Source of the DNA: Candidatus Saccharimonadota bacterium
GTDB taxonomy: Bacteria; Patescibacteriota; Saccharimonadia; Saccharimonadales; CAIOMD01
Direction: 5' to 3'
NCBI GenBank assembly: GCA_017992295.1
Contig: JAGOOV010000002.1
Coordinates: 1-62,568 of the forward strand
Length of the DNA: 62,568 nt
Shown: positions 48,982 through 56,240 of the stretch, piece after piece
How positions within the stretch are numbered: the stretch's first letter is position 1
Layout of the letters: each line of letters starts with the position of its first letter
Notes under the pieces: generated by a model
Told to the model about the DNA's origin: nothing
Database searches by the model: none
Seen by the model: only the letters and a program-made list of their open reading frames with translations
Position numbers and translations under genes: made by a program

Positions 48982-50613
48982 TTAATAGTCCATGCCCATT
49001 GAGCCGGGAGCTCCGCCTGCCGGCATTGGAGGTTGTTTTTCCGGTATTTCTACCACTAAGGCCCCCATTGTCATAGCCGTACCGGCGATTGAAGCGGCGT
49101 TTTGTAAGGCCTCTTTAGATACTCTCGTTGGGTCTACAATTCCTACCGCTTTTAAGTCCACCAGCTTGTTAGCATTGTTCACGTCAATGCCTTGGCCGAT
49201 TTTACCGTCTTTGACCTTTGGCAGCCACTCGTCGGCATTTAGCCCGGCATTAGATAGCAATATCCTAAACGGCTGTTCTAAAGCATTTTTTAGCAATTGA
49301 GCACCGGCATTTTTGTCCTTTATACCGCTGGCCAAATCTATATAAGTCACTCCACCGCCTGGCACAATACCCTCTTCTAAAGCGGCCTTTACAGCTGCTA
49401 CGGCATCGTCCACCCGGTATTTTTTCTCTTCAATCTCGGTTTCGGTTGCTCCGCCCACCTTGATTACAGCCACTCTACCACTTAAAGCGGCTCGACGCTT
49501 TTCCAGGTTTTCTTTATCGTACTCACTACTGGCCTTTTCGATTTGTGCATTAATTTGCTTAATCCGCGCATCAACTTCGATTGGATTGCCGGAACCCTCG
49601 ATAATCGTTGTATCGTCTTTGGTTACGATGATTTTTCGGGCCGTGCCTATCATATTTAGGTCGGCGGATTCAAAGCTGTGCCCTTGTTCCTCACTAATCA
49701 CCTCACCACCGGTCAAGATCGCAATATCATTTAGAATATCTTTCTTACGATCACCAAAAGCCGGTGCTTTAATAGCAACTGTATTAAACACGCCTTTAAG
49801 TTTGTTTAGCACCAAAGTAGTTAAAGCTTCACCGTCTACATCTTCGGCAATTAAGATTAAATCTTTTTTACCGGCCTGAGCCAGTTTCTCGAGCAGCGGC
49901 AAGAACTCTTGGATGCTGGAAACTTTTTTGTCGGTGATTACTATCGATGGTTTTTCGTAAACCGCTTCCATACGGGCCGCGTCGGTCACAAAGTATGGGC
50001 TAATAAAACCACGATCAATAGTAAAGCCCTCCACAACTTCGCTCTCTAGGCTCAAACCCTGACCTTCTTCGACTGTTACAACACCATCTTTACCGACCTT
50101 GTTAATAACTTCGCTAATTAGTCGGCCTATCTCGGAATCGCCGGCCGAAATAGCAGCAACTTCAGCTACACGCTTGTCGTCGCCTTGGATATCTTCGCTA
50201 TGGCTCTTTAGAGTCTTAATTGCCTCGTGAGTAGCAGATTCTAACCCGCGGCGCAATTGCATCGGGTCGTGCCCGGCAGCTATTAGCCGATTAGCCTCTT
50301 TGAGAATATGGTAAGTCAAAATAGTAACTGTGGTCGTGCCATCTCCGGCTACGTCGTTCATTTTATTGGCGGCCTGCTTAATTAGCTCGGCTCCAATCTT
50401 ATAACCTAAGGTTTCATCGTCATTTTCCGGTAAATCAACACCCTTGGCAACGGTCACGCCGTCGTGAGTCACGCTTGGTCCGCCGTAAGACTTACCTATT
50501 ACTACGTTGCGTCCTTTAGGGCCCATGGTAGTCTTAACTGCGTTGTATAAAATTTCGGCGCCGGCTAGTACTCGGCGGCGGGCATCATCATCATAAAATA
50601 TCTTTTTAGCCAT
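48982..50613 (-). CDS. groL: Chaperonin GroEL
   Basis: 543 aa; motif AGDGTTTVTILT; C-terminal tail GGAPGSMGMDY. Confidence 0.97.
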   Translation of the reverse strand: MAKKIFYDDDARRRVLAGAEILYNAVKTTMGPKGRNVVIGKSYGGPSVTHDGVTVAKGVDLPENDDETLGYKIGAELIKQAANKMNDVAGDGTTTVTILTYHILKEANRLIAAGHDPMQLRRGLESATHEAIKTLKSHSEDIQGDDKRVAEVAAISAGDSEIGRLISEVINKVGKDGVVTVEEGQGLSLESEVVEGFTIDRGFISPYFVTDAARMEAVYEKPSIVITDKKVSSIQEFLPLLEKLAQAGKKDLILIAEDVDGEALTTLVLNKLKGVFNTVAIKAPAFGDRKKDILNDIAILTGGEVISEEQGHSFESADLNMIGTARKIIVTKDDTTIIEGSGNPIEVDARIKQINAQIEKASSEYDKENLEKRRAALSGRVAVIKVGGATETEIEEKKYRVDDAVAAVKAALEEGIVPGGGVTYIDLASGIKDKNAGAQLLKNALEQPFRILLSNAGLNADEWLPKVKDGKIGQGIDVNNANKLVDLKAVGIVDPTRVSKEALQNAASIAGTAMTMGALVVEIPEKQPPMPAGGAPGSMGMDY

Positions 50614-50636
50614 TTAAATTCTCTCCTTAATCTCTT

Positions 50637-50903
50637 TTACTTAATAACAGCGTAAATATCTTCTTCTTTTACCAGAAGATATTCTTTGGCTCCGTCTTTT
50701 ACCTTCGGGTGGCTGTAACCACCGTACACCACTCGGTCGCCAACTTTAACTTCTTGTACTTTTTTTCCGATTGCAACAACTTTAGCTATTTCTGGTTTTT
50801 CGGCCGCTTTATCGGGCAGGTAAATACCGCTGGCGGTTTTTGTTTCGGCCTCTTCTTGCTCGGCCACAATGTACTCTGCTAGAGGTTGGATTTTCACACT
50901 CAT
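50637..50903 (-). CDS. groS: Co-chaperonin GroES
   Basis: 88 aa; begins IQPLAEYIVAEQEEAETKTASGIYLP. Upstream of groEL. Confidence 0.95.
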   Translation of the reverse strand: MSVKIQPLAEYIVAEQEEAETKTASGIYLPDKAAEKPEIAKVVAIGKKVQEVKVGDRVVYGGYSHPKVKDGAKEYLLVKEEDIYAVIK

Positions 50904-50938
50904 AAAAACTCCTGTTATGTTGTTATTTACTGATTATT

Positions 50939-50965
50939 TTAGCACTTTAGTACCTAGAGTGCTAA
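50939..50965. promoter_or_regulatory. CIRCE operator (HrcA binding site) upstream of groES
   Basis: TTAGCACTT-N9-GAGTGCTAA, against the consensus TTAGCACTC-N9-GAGTGCTAA. Confidence 0.85.
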
Positions 50966-50974
50966 TTTACGTAT

Positions 50975-51007
50975 ATTTATACTATAAAAAGTCTAAAAAT
51001 GTGTCAA
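50975..51007 (-). promoter_or_regulatory. Sigma-70-like promoter of groES-groEL
   Basis: The minus strand has a perfect -35 TTGACA, followed 15-17 nt later by TATAGT/TAGTAT, just upstream of CIRCE. Confidence 0.45.
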
Positions 51008-51086
51008 TATTTTGGTGTTATTTAACTAATAATTGACTATTATTTATGTTTATGTTAATATATGCGTATTACTTAACAAACAAAAA

Positions 51087-52031
51087 ATGAAAAACCTAGA
51101 AAACAATCCCGATAACGACAAAGACCCTCGTGTTAAATTTCGTAAGTTAATAAACGCCGCGGTTAACAATGCCAGCTCGTTGTTGAACGCTAAATTAACT
51201 GAAAAGGATCTCGAAGCACGGCTGGAAGAGATAGGAGCAAACGATGACCGGCTTATGAGAATAACCAAAATGTTTGTACGTTCTAAAGCAGAATTTCTTA
51301 AAATGATTGACCCTGATAGATCCTATCTCGATGAATCTATCGTCTTTAACCACGCCCTTAAAGACGTACTAAACGACTTTGAGAACGAATCTATGTCGCC
51401 GGATGCCTTAATTAACCGACTAACCGAGTTTTCTTTTGTCAGCACCCAACTGCCTGAAAGCCAGAAAGATCTATTGAGACAAGTTTTTGCTAAAGATTTT
51501 AAAGGTATGTGGCACGAACAGGCTTTCGAGAATTTGTTGTGTCGCAGTGTTGGAGTTAAGATGAGAATGGGCCAAACATCCCTAGAGCACGAGAAAAAGG
51601 GTGTTGATTTGTTTTTGCAAACAAATATAAAAGATTGGGTGGGCGTAGACGTAAAAAGTTCGCTAACCGGAGTTCTTGAATCTAAAGCTAAGCATCCGTC
51701 CAAATCCGAAAAAAAGCCCGTTACCCAAGTTATTAAGTCAACAAGTTTTCAAGGTGAGCCGTCTTACCGCCAACCGATAATTCGAGTTACTCATAACGGT
51801 AATCATTTTATTTTAAATGTCGATTATGGACTGGAAGGCAAGTTGCCTATGGTGATTTCGCCTCCCGACTACCGAAATTTTGATCGAGAGGTGGCCACGG
51901 AGCTAACAGAGAAGCTTTTAGAATACTTAAGGTCACAGTCGTCCGAGGTAGCCTTGTACGATCAAATGCCGGATCACAGCTTTAGGCGTAGAAGGCGCGA
52001 TATCGGCCATACCGCTATTAAAGAATTTTAA
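51087..52031 (+). CDS. Hypothetical protein with a possible PD-(D/E)xK nuclease-like core
   Basis: ATG 51087 (MKNLENNPD). The ordered pattern WHEQAFE ... KGVDLFLQ ... WVGVDVKSS fits E...D...(D/E)xK. Confidence 0.55.
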   Translation: MKNLENNPDNDKDPRVKFRKLINAAVNNASSLLNAKLTEKDLEARLEEIGANDDRLMRITKMFVRSKAEFLKMIDPDRSYLDESIVFNHALKDVLNDFENESMSPDALINRLTEFSFVSTQLPESQKDLLRQVFAKDFKGMWHEQAFENLLCRSVGVKMRMGQTSLEHEKKGVDLFLQTNIKDWVGVDVKSSLTGVLESKAKHPSKSEKKPVTQVIKSTSFQGEPSYRQPIIRVTHNGNHFILNVDYGLEGKLPMVISPPDYRNFDREVATELTEKLLEYLRSQSSEVALYDQMPDHSFRRRRRDIGHTAIKEF

Positions 52032-52071
52032 TATTTACTAATTAACATTTTAATGGTATAGTATATCTCTC

Positions 52072-52491
52072 ATGTCAGAGATATATGCCGTACTAGGTGA
52101 TAACCACGAGTTAATTAAAGAGGTAGAAAAATCTTACGAATCTTCTGAAGATTATGTAAGACTGTGTGCCATTCGTATGGAAATGGGGGAACTGGCAACT
52201 AAGGGCGTTTTCAATCGTTCGGACTCAATAAAATCCAGTGCAATCTTCAATGATAATGAACGCGAATTGGCAGAGCATGTGATTAAATATCTGCCGATGA
52301 CCAAACCCAACATCGTCCGTCAACGCGTTGGCGAAGTAACCGATAAAGTCATTCATACCGAAGTTGAACAAAGATCTTTCGGCTTATGCTTTGTAGACAA
52401 GCGCATAGAACAAAATAACGCTACCCTTATCGTTCCCCGTAGTCGTAATAAGCAGGCTTTTATAGAAGTGTTTGACCCCGACGAGATTTAA
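52072..52491 (+). CDS. Hypothetical protein (139 aa)
   Basis: An ORF with coding-like composition, 40 nt downstream of the previous gene. No motif recognised. Confidence 0.5.
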   Translation: MSEIYAVLGDNHELIKEVEKSYESSEDYVRLCAIRMEMGELATKGVFNRSDSIKSSAIFNDNERELAEHVIKYLPMTKPNIVRQRVGEVTDKVIHTEVEQRSFGLCFVDKRIEQNNATLIVPRSRNKQAFIEVFDPDEI

Positions 52492-52492
52492 T

Positions 52493-53833
52493 TTAATTAT
52501 TAATAATCTTGGTTACTTTTTTTACATAGTTGTTCAAAATAGTCGGTGTATCGGCTTCGGCATTGAGGCGTAGCAGTGGTTCAGTATTGCTTGGTCTGAC
52601 GTTTACCCAGCCATCGTTAAAAGTTAAAGTTAAGCCATCCAGCCAATCTATCTTTGCATCACTAAACGATTTGGCAATTTTGTTCATTGCTGCGTCTTTG
52701 TCGTCAATTTCAAAATTGGTCTCTTCTACCGAGTAGTATTTACGAAACTTGTCGGCCAGCCTACTCAATTTGATTCCACTTTTACAAAGTAGCGCCAAAG
52801 CAACCATTGATGCAATCAGACCACTGTCAGCCATAAAGTTATTCCTAAAATAATAGTGGTGGCTGTGTTCACCGGCAAACAAGGCGTTGTGAAGCCGCAT
52901 CTCGTTTTTAATAATGCTATGCCCTACTTTGGTACGGATTGCCTTACCGCCGTGTTTTTCGATGGTTTCTTTGGCCACTCGCCCGACAATAGCGTTATAC
53001 AAAACGGTAGAACAAGGGGCTTTGCCCAAGAAATACTCCGCTAAAATTGATGTCATGACCGTACCGCTGATAGGCACGCCTTTTTCATCTATTAAAACCG
53101 CCCTATCGCCGTCTCCGTCAAAAGCCAAGCCTGCATCACATTTTTGTTGCTTAACCACGTTTATTAAATCTTGCAGATTTTTTGATTCAATCGGGTTAGC
53201 CGGATGATTGGGAAAACCACCATCCAATTCAAAATACATTTCTATAACATCGAACGGAGCATAAGGTTCCAACTCCGGGAATATCTTGCCTACCATGCCG
53301 TTACCGGCATCGACGGCTATTTTTAGCGGTTTTAAGTCGCCCATATCGACAAAAGACAGCACGTGAGTTATCCAATCTTCGGTCACATCACGGCTTATTA
53401 CCCGACCTTTGTTCGTCTTGTTTTTAAATTTATTGGTTTTCACTTTTTCTCTAATATCACTTAAACCGGTATCTAAGCCAATCGGTTTGGCCTCTTCACG
53501 GCAAAATTTTATGCCGTTATACTCACCCGGATTATGACTGGCCGTAATCATAAGACCACCGGCTAGTTTATATTTACCTACCGCGAAATAAATCATATCG
53601 CTGGTTACCATACCGATATCCCAAACATCCCTACCTTGTGATACCAGCCCTTTAATCGCCGCCTTGGCTAATTCGTCGCTGTCCGATCGCATATCTCTAC
53701 CAACGGCTACCGGCCCTTCTTTTGGCAACCAGTCGGCTACAGCCTTGGCAATTTTTTCAACTATATCGTTGGTTAGCTCTGTACCAACTTTACCTCGAAC
53801 ATCGTAAGCCTTAAAAATATCATCTATGACCAT
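52493..53833 (-). CDS. Phosphomannomutase/phosphoglucomutase
   Basis: Active-site loop TASHNPGEYNGIKF and metal-binding motif DGDGDR; 446 aa. Confidence 0.93.
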   Translation of the reverse strand: MVIDDIFKAYDVRGKVGTELTNDIVEKIAKAVADWLPKEGPVAVGRDMRSDSDELAKAAIKGLVSQGRDVWDIGMVTSDMIYFAVGKYKLAGGLMITASHNPGEYNGIKFCREEAKPIGLDTGLSDIREKVKTNKFKNKTNKGRVISRDVTEDWITHVLSFVDMGDLKPLKIAVDAGNGMVGKIFPELEPYAPFDVIEMYFELDGGFPNHPANPIESKNLQDLINVVKQQKCDAGLAFDGDGDRAVLIDEKGVPISGTVMTSILAEYFLGKAPCSTVLYNAIVGRVAKETIEKHGGKAIRTKVGHSIIKNEMRLHNALFAGEHSHHYYFRNNFMADSGLIASMVALALLCKSGIKLSRLADKFRKYYSVEETNFEIDDKDAAMNKIAKSFSDAKIDWLDGLTLTFNDGWVNVRPSNTEPLLRLNAEADTPTILNNYVKKVTKIINN

Positions 53834-53851
53834 GTTTAGTATTCTATCCCA

Positions 53852-54682
53852 TTAAATTTCGATTTGCCTTTTTAAAAAGTAAAAGAGCTTCATAGTTCCG
53901 AATTTTTGGTATATGTCGATGGCGTTAATGAGCAATGATGATTTTTCGGAATCCTCACCAAGAATATCTTTCGGACTTTCTACTTCTTTAATCTGTTTTT
54001 TTAGGTTTTCTAAACTCTTGTTGTGGTTTATAAAGCTGTCTGATCTAACAGAAAAAACCTCCGGTAACTTATTTTTTAGAGGGCTATGGTCGTATTCTAT
54101 GAACACTTCGTCAATAGAGCCAAACCAATTTTCTGTTTCGATATCACCAATGTTGGCTGACAGTAAGAAGTGCCTGGGCAATACAAACCTTACATGTATC
54201 TCGTCTCCGTAAGGCTCCCCGTCGTCGGTAATGCCCTCAACCAACCTAAACCCTACGGCTTCTACCGGGTATTCTCCCTTGCGGACCGCCGTTTCTTTTG
54301 GTTCCCAGTAGTGCAAATAGTCATAGAAGGTAAATGTCTTTTCTTTGTTTCTTTTTTGTATAGCGCCTGATTTTTCTTCGGAAAGGCGATTGATTTCTAG
54401 ATACTGCAAATAATTGTTATTGCAAGCGCTTCTTAAAGTGCTTTTTGCCGCAATAATTATCTTGTGCCTGATGGTTTCGCCGACCTCTTTTAGCTCGTTA
54501 CTGTCTAACGGTAAAGATAAAGCCAATGTAGCTTCGAATTTTTCTTTGGCCTTATTTAACTCACCTGTTGTTTCGGCAATTTCTTGGTTAAACCTGTCAA
54601 ACTCTTCTTGTTGGCCCCAATTGTTTTCAATCCGCCAATTTGTCACTGGTATAATTACACTAATATTACTTTCATTTGTCAA
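53852..54682 (-). CDS. Hypothetical protein (276 aa)
   Basis: A long ORF with coding-like composition. No recognised motif. Confidence 0.5.
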   Translation of the reverse strand: MTNESNISVIIPVTNWRIENNWGQQEEFDRFNQEIAETTGELNKAKEKFEATLALSLPLDSNELKEVGETIRHKIIIAAKSTLRSACNNNYLQYLEINRLSEEKSGAIQKRNKEKTFTFYDYLHYWEPKETAVRKGEYPVEAVGFRLVEGITDDGEPYGDEIHVRFVLPRHFLLSANIGDIETENWFGSIDEVFIEYDHSPLKNKLPEVFSVRSDSFINHNKSLENLKKQIKEVESPKDILGEDSEKSSLLINAIDIYQKFGTMKLFYFLKRQIEI

Positions 54683-54810
54683 TAATCATTTTTGATGTTA
54701 AAATATCCGAACCTTGAGCGTTGGCTCTTGGTGGTACCTGCCCAAATTTTTGGGCCACTCTACGATTGGAGGGCACGTTGCGTCAAACACAGACCAAGCA
54801 AAGAGTTTTA

Positions 54811-55332
54811 GTGTTCAACTTCTCTGGTTTACCAGAGAACAAGATATACGAAACCATCATGGATGGACTATGGGGTCTTTCCAAGGTGGCGGGCGTGAGG
54901 AGAGTTCATCTGGATCGGTGGGGGAACAGGCTCCGTGTATTCCTTGAGCCCGACGCCGATGCAGGCATGGTGGCGCAGTTGGTAGAGCGCCGCCTCGAAG
55001 CACTCCGGGTATACCATGAGCACCAGGGGCTCTTCGAGCAAGTCGACAAATCTGTCACATACCACGACTGGTTCGTCAGCGTGGATCTCAATGCCAAACT
55101 GAGGTACGTACTAGGGGTTGATGGGCTGAATGAGCTCATCAATCGCGTCAAGGCGCTCGACATCGACGGACGCTCGCTTTCAGTGAGTTCTGGCGGATTT
55201 GTCGTCAAACCGAACAAGAAGAGGGTAGTATTTTTCTATCGTCTTCACGGCGACATTCTTTTCTACCTCAACCTCTTAATTGCGTCGAAGCTCATGGACC
55301 CTGACGCAAGGAGGCAAGTCCAGGAAGACTAG
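54811..55332 (+). CDS. Orphan protein encoded in the GC-rich block (start uncertain: TTG 54721, GTG 54811 or ATG 54859)
   Basis: This is the only frame in the block with balanced, protein-like composition (...LRVFLEPDADAGMVAQLVERRLEALRVYHEHQGLFEQVDK...). GTG 54811 has AAAGAG 5-6 nt upstream. Antisense frames are Ser/Thr/Arg-rich. Confidence 0.5.
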   Translation: MFNFSGLPENKIYETIMDGLWGLSKVAGVRRVHLDRWGNRLRVFLEPDADAGMVAQLVERRLEALRVYHEHQGLFEQVDKSVTYHDWFVSVDLNAKLRYVLGVDGLNELINRVKALDIDGRSLSVSSGGFVVKPNKKRVVFFYRLHGDILFYLNLLIASKLMDPDARRQVQED

Positions 55333-55342
55333 CCTGTAAAAT

Positions 55343-55619
55343 GTGGGTGGCCCCCGGTAGTATCGAATGCGTAAAGCATTTGGTTAGACACTTGCTTACT
55401 AGCTGCCTTCAGTGGCGCTGGGCAAGATCTAAGCTTAGCTTATATCGCACTCGATCTATCGCGGGGCCCCCACGCCCGTATACCCAAAGCGGGCCGTTGT
55501 AGCTGCGTTCTACCGCGCTCCGGCCCACTTTGGGTATCTTTAGGCCAGACTGTGGCTAATTTGCAGAGGCTGTTGTAAGCAAACGTTTACGACTCTCAAA
55601 GCCCAGTCCGGCCTTTTTT
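55343..55619 (+). ncRNA. Structured RNA element 1 (3'-UTR element or independent ncRNA), ending in a stem + U-run
   Basis: Three helical units. (a) 55343-55371 pairs with 55446-55473: about 25 bp, with two single-nt bulges, one A-C mismatch and one small asymmetric internal loop. (b) 55480-55495 pairs with 55522-55537: 10+5 bp. (c) 55542-55555 pairs with 55602-55614 and is followed by TTTTT. Confidence 0.4.
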
Positions 55620-55669
55620 CTTAGCAGTCAATATAACCCGATCCTAATTAGATTTCTAAAAAATTTAAC

Positions 55670-55698
55670 TTGAATTATTTGCCATTCTAAGGTATAAC
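55670..55698 (+). promoter_or_regulatory. Sigma-70-like promoter candidate in the AT-rich spacer between the two structured elements
   Basis: TTGAAT-N17-TATAAC. Confidence 0.4.
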
Positions 55699-55704
55699 GA
55701 TACG

Positions 55705-56215
55705 TATTCAATCGGATTGCTGATTGACGATGAGGCGCGAGACGGTTTAAACATCAAACAATATTTGAAAAATAGCTATCTCTGACGGGTCTTGGACTCT
55801 CTCTTTGCTTGGTATCCAATTGCTATCGTCCCTCTTTTTAGAAATGAGGGAACTTTCTGCCACTAGGCAGACGCCTGGGTATTAAAGCCTTAGAGCTTAG
55901 CCATTCTGGCGATGTGCCAGAAGGATTATACTCTAAGCGAGCAGAGAAAAAGAAAAAGCGTTTCGAGCCAAATTACTTAGGTGAATCGCCCAGAGCAATT
56001 GCTGGGACGCGGCACAGCGCAGTGTCTAGCATACCTTTGTAATTTGGTGCAACGCCCCCGTGCTTCTCTGAAAAGGCGCTTGTGTTATGCGCCGCAAACT
56101 GGCCCAATCAGGGCCACAACCGTGAAAGGGGCCTGCAAAGAAGGCCCATATCTGCTACGCCCTTGGTGAGGGCCTCCGACATTCCTCGTCGGCGGCCCCA
56201 CCTTGGGCCTTTTTT
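55705..56215 (+). ncRNA. Structured RNA element 2 (~500 nt candidate ncRNA of unknown class)
   Basis: At least 9 local hairpins with stems of 5 bp or more, mostly GC-rich. Their arms are at 55829-34/55846-51, 55856-61/55866-71, nested 55889-95/55931-37 around 55904-10/55916-22, 55989-93/56002-06, 56075-79/56089-93, 56101-05/56111-15, 56129-33/56143-47 and 56076-80/56088-92 region equivalents further 3' at 56176-80/56188-92. There is no credible ORF and the element ends at an intrinsic terminator. Confidence 0.4.
56194..56215 (+). terminator. Rho-independent terminator on the + strand
   Basis: GGCCC-CACCTT-GGGCC followed by TTTTTT. The only upstream + strand sequence is non-coding. Confidence 0.65.
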
Positions 56216-56240
56216 ATTTGCTTACTACTAAAATCAAATT

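Noticed and set aside
54973-54990. A tRNA D-arm look-alike (GCGC-AGTTGGTAGA-GCGC) inside the GC-rich ORF.
   Set aside because: The following sequence cannot form an anticodon stem (GCCTC versus TCCGG), and no T-arm (GGTTCGAATCC-like) follows. It is most likely coincidental coding sequence (MVAQLVERR).
55343-55619. A retron msr/msd, or a TnpB/IscB omega-RNA, as the explanation for the rod-like element.
   Set aside because: No reverse transcriptase, TnpB, IscB or transposase ORF lies anywhere nearby. The adjacent ORF is only 157-203 aa and lacks RT, RuvC or zinc-finger motifs.
55761-55775. The exact 15-mer ATATTTGAAAAATAG, shared with 58861-58875 (upstream of valS).
   Set aside because: It is an AT-rich 15-mer in two AT-rich intergenic stretches, and the flanks do not match. 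In a 62-kb AT-biased window, about one such chance repeat is expected.
55981-56169. The 62-aa ORF in the track (MNRPEQLLGRGTAQC...).
   Set aside because: It has a GTG start and no RBS, with Arg/Cys/Pro/Leu-rich junk-like composition. It sits inside GC-rich hairpin-dense sequence and is probably not translated.
55705-56215. The structured ~500-nt RNA as RNase P RNA, tmRNA, SRP RNA or 6S RNA.
   Set aside because: Neither strand has the RNase P CR-I (GGAAAGUCC) or P4 3' strand motifs. There is no tRNA-like acceptor/T-arm ending CCACCA and no Ala-rich tag frame for tmRNA. There is no SRP domain IV GGAA/AGCA motif, and no single long 6S-type rod. The one RNase P-like patch (GUGAAAGGGGCC...) stands alone. 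This needs Infernal to be definitive.
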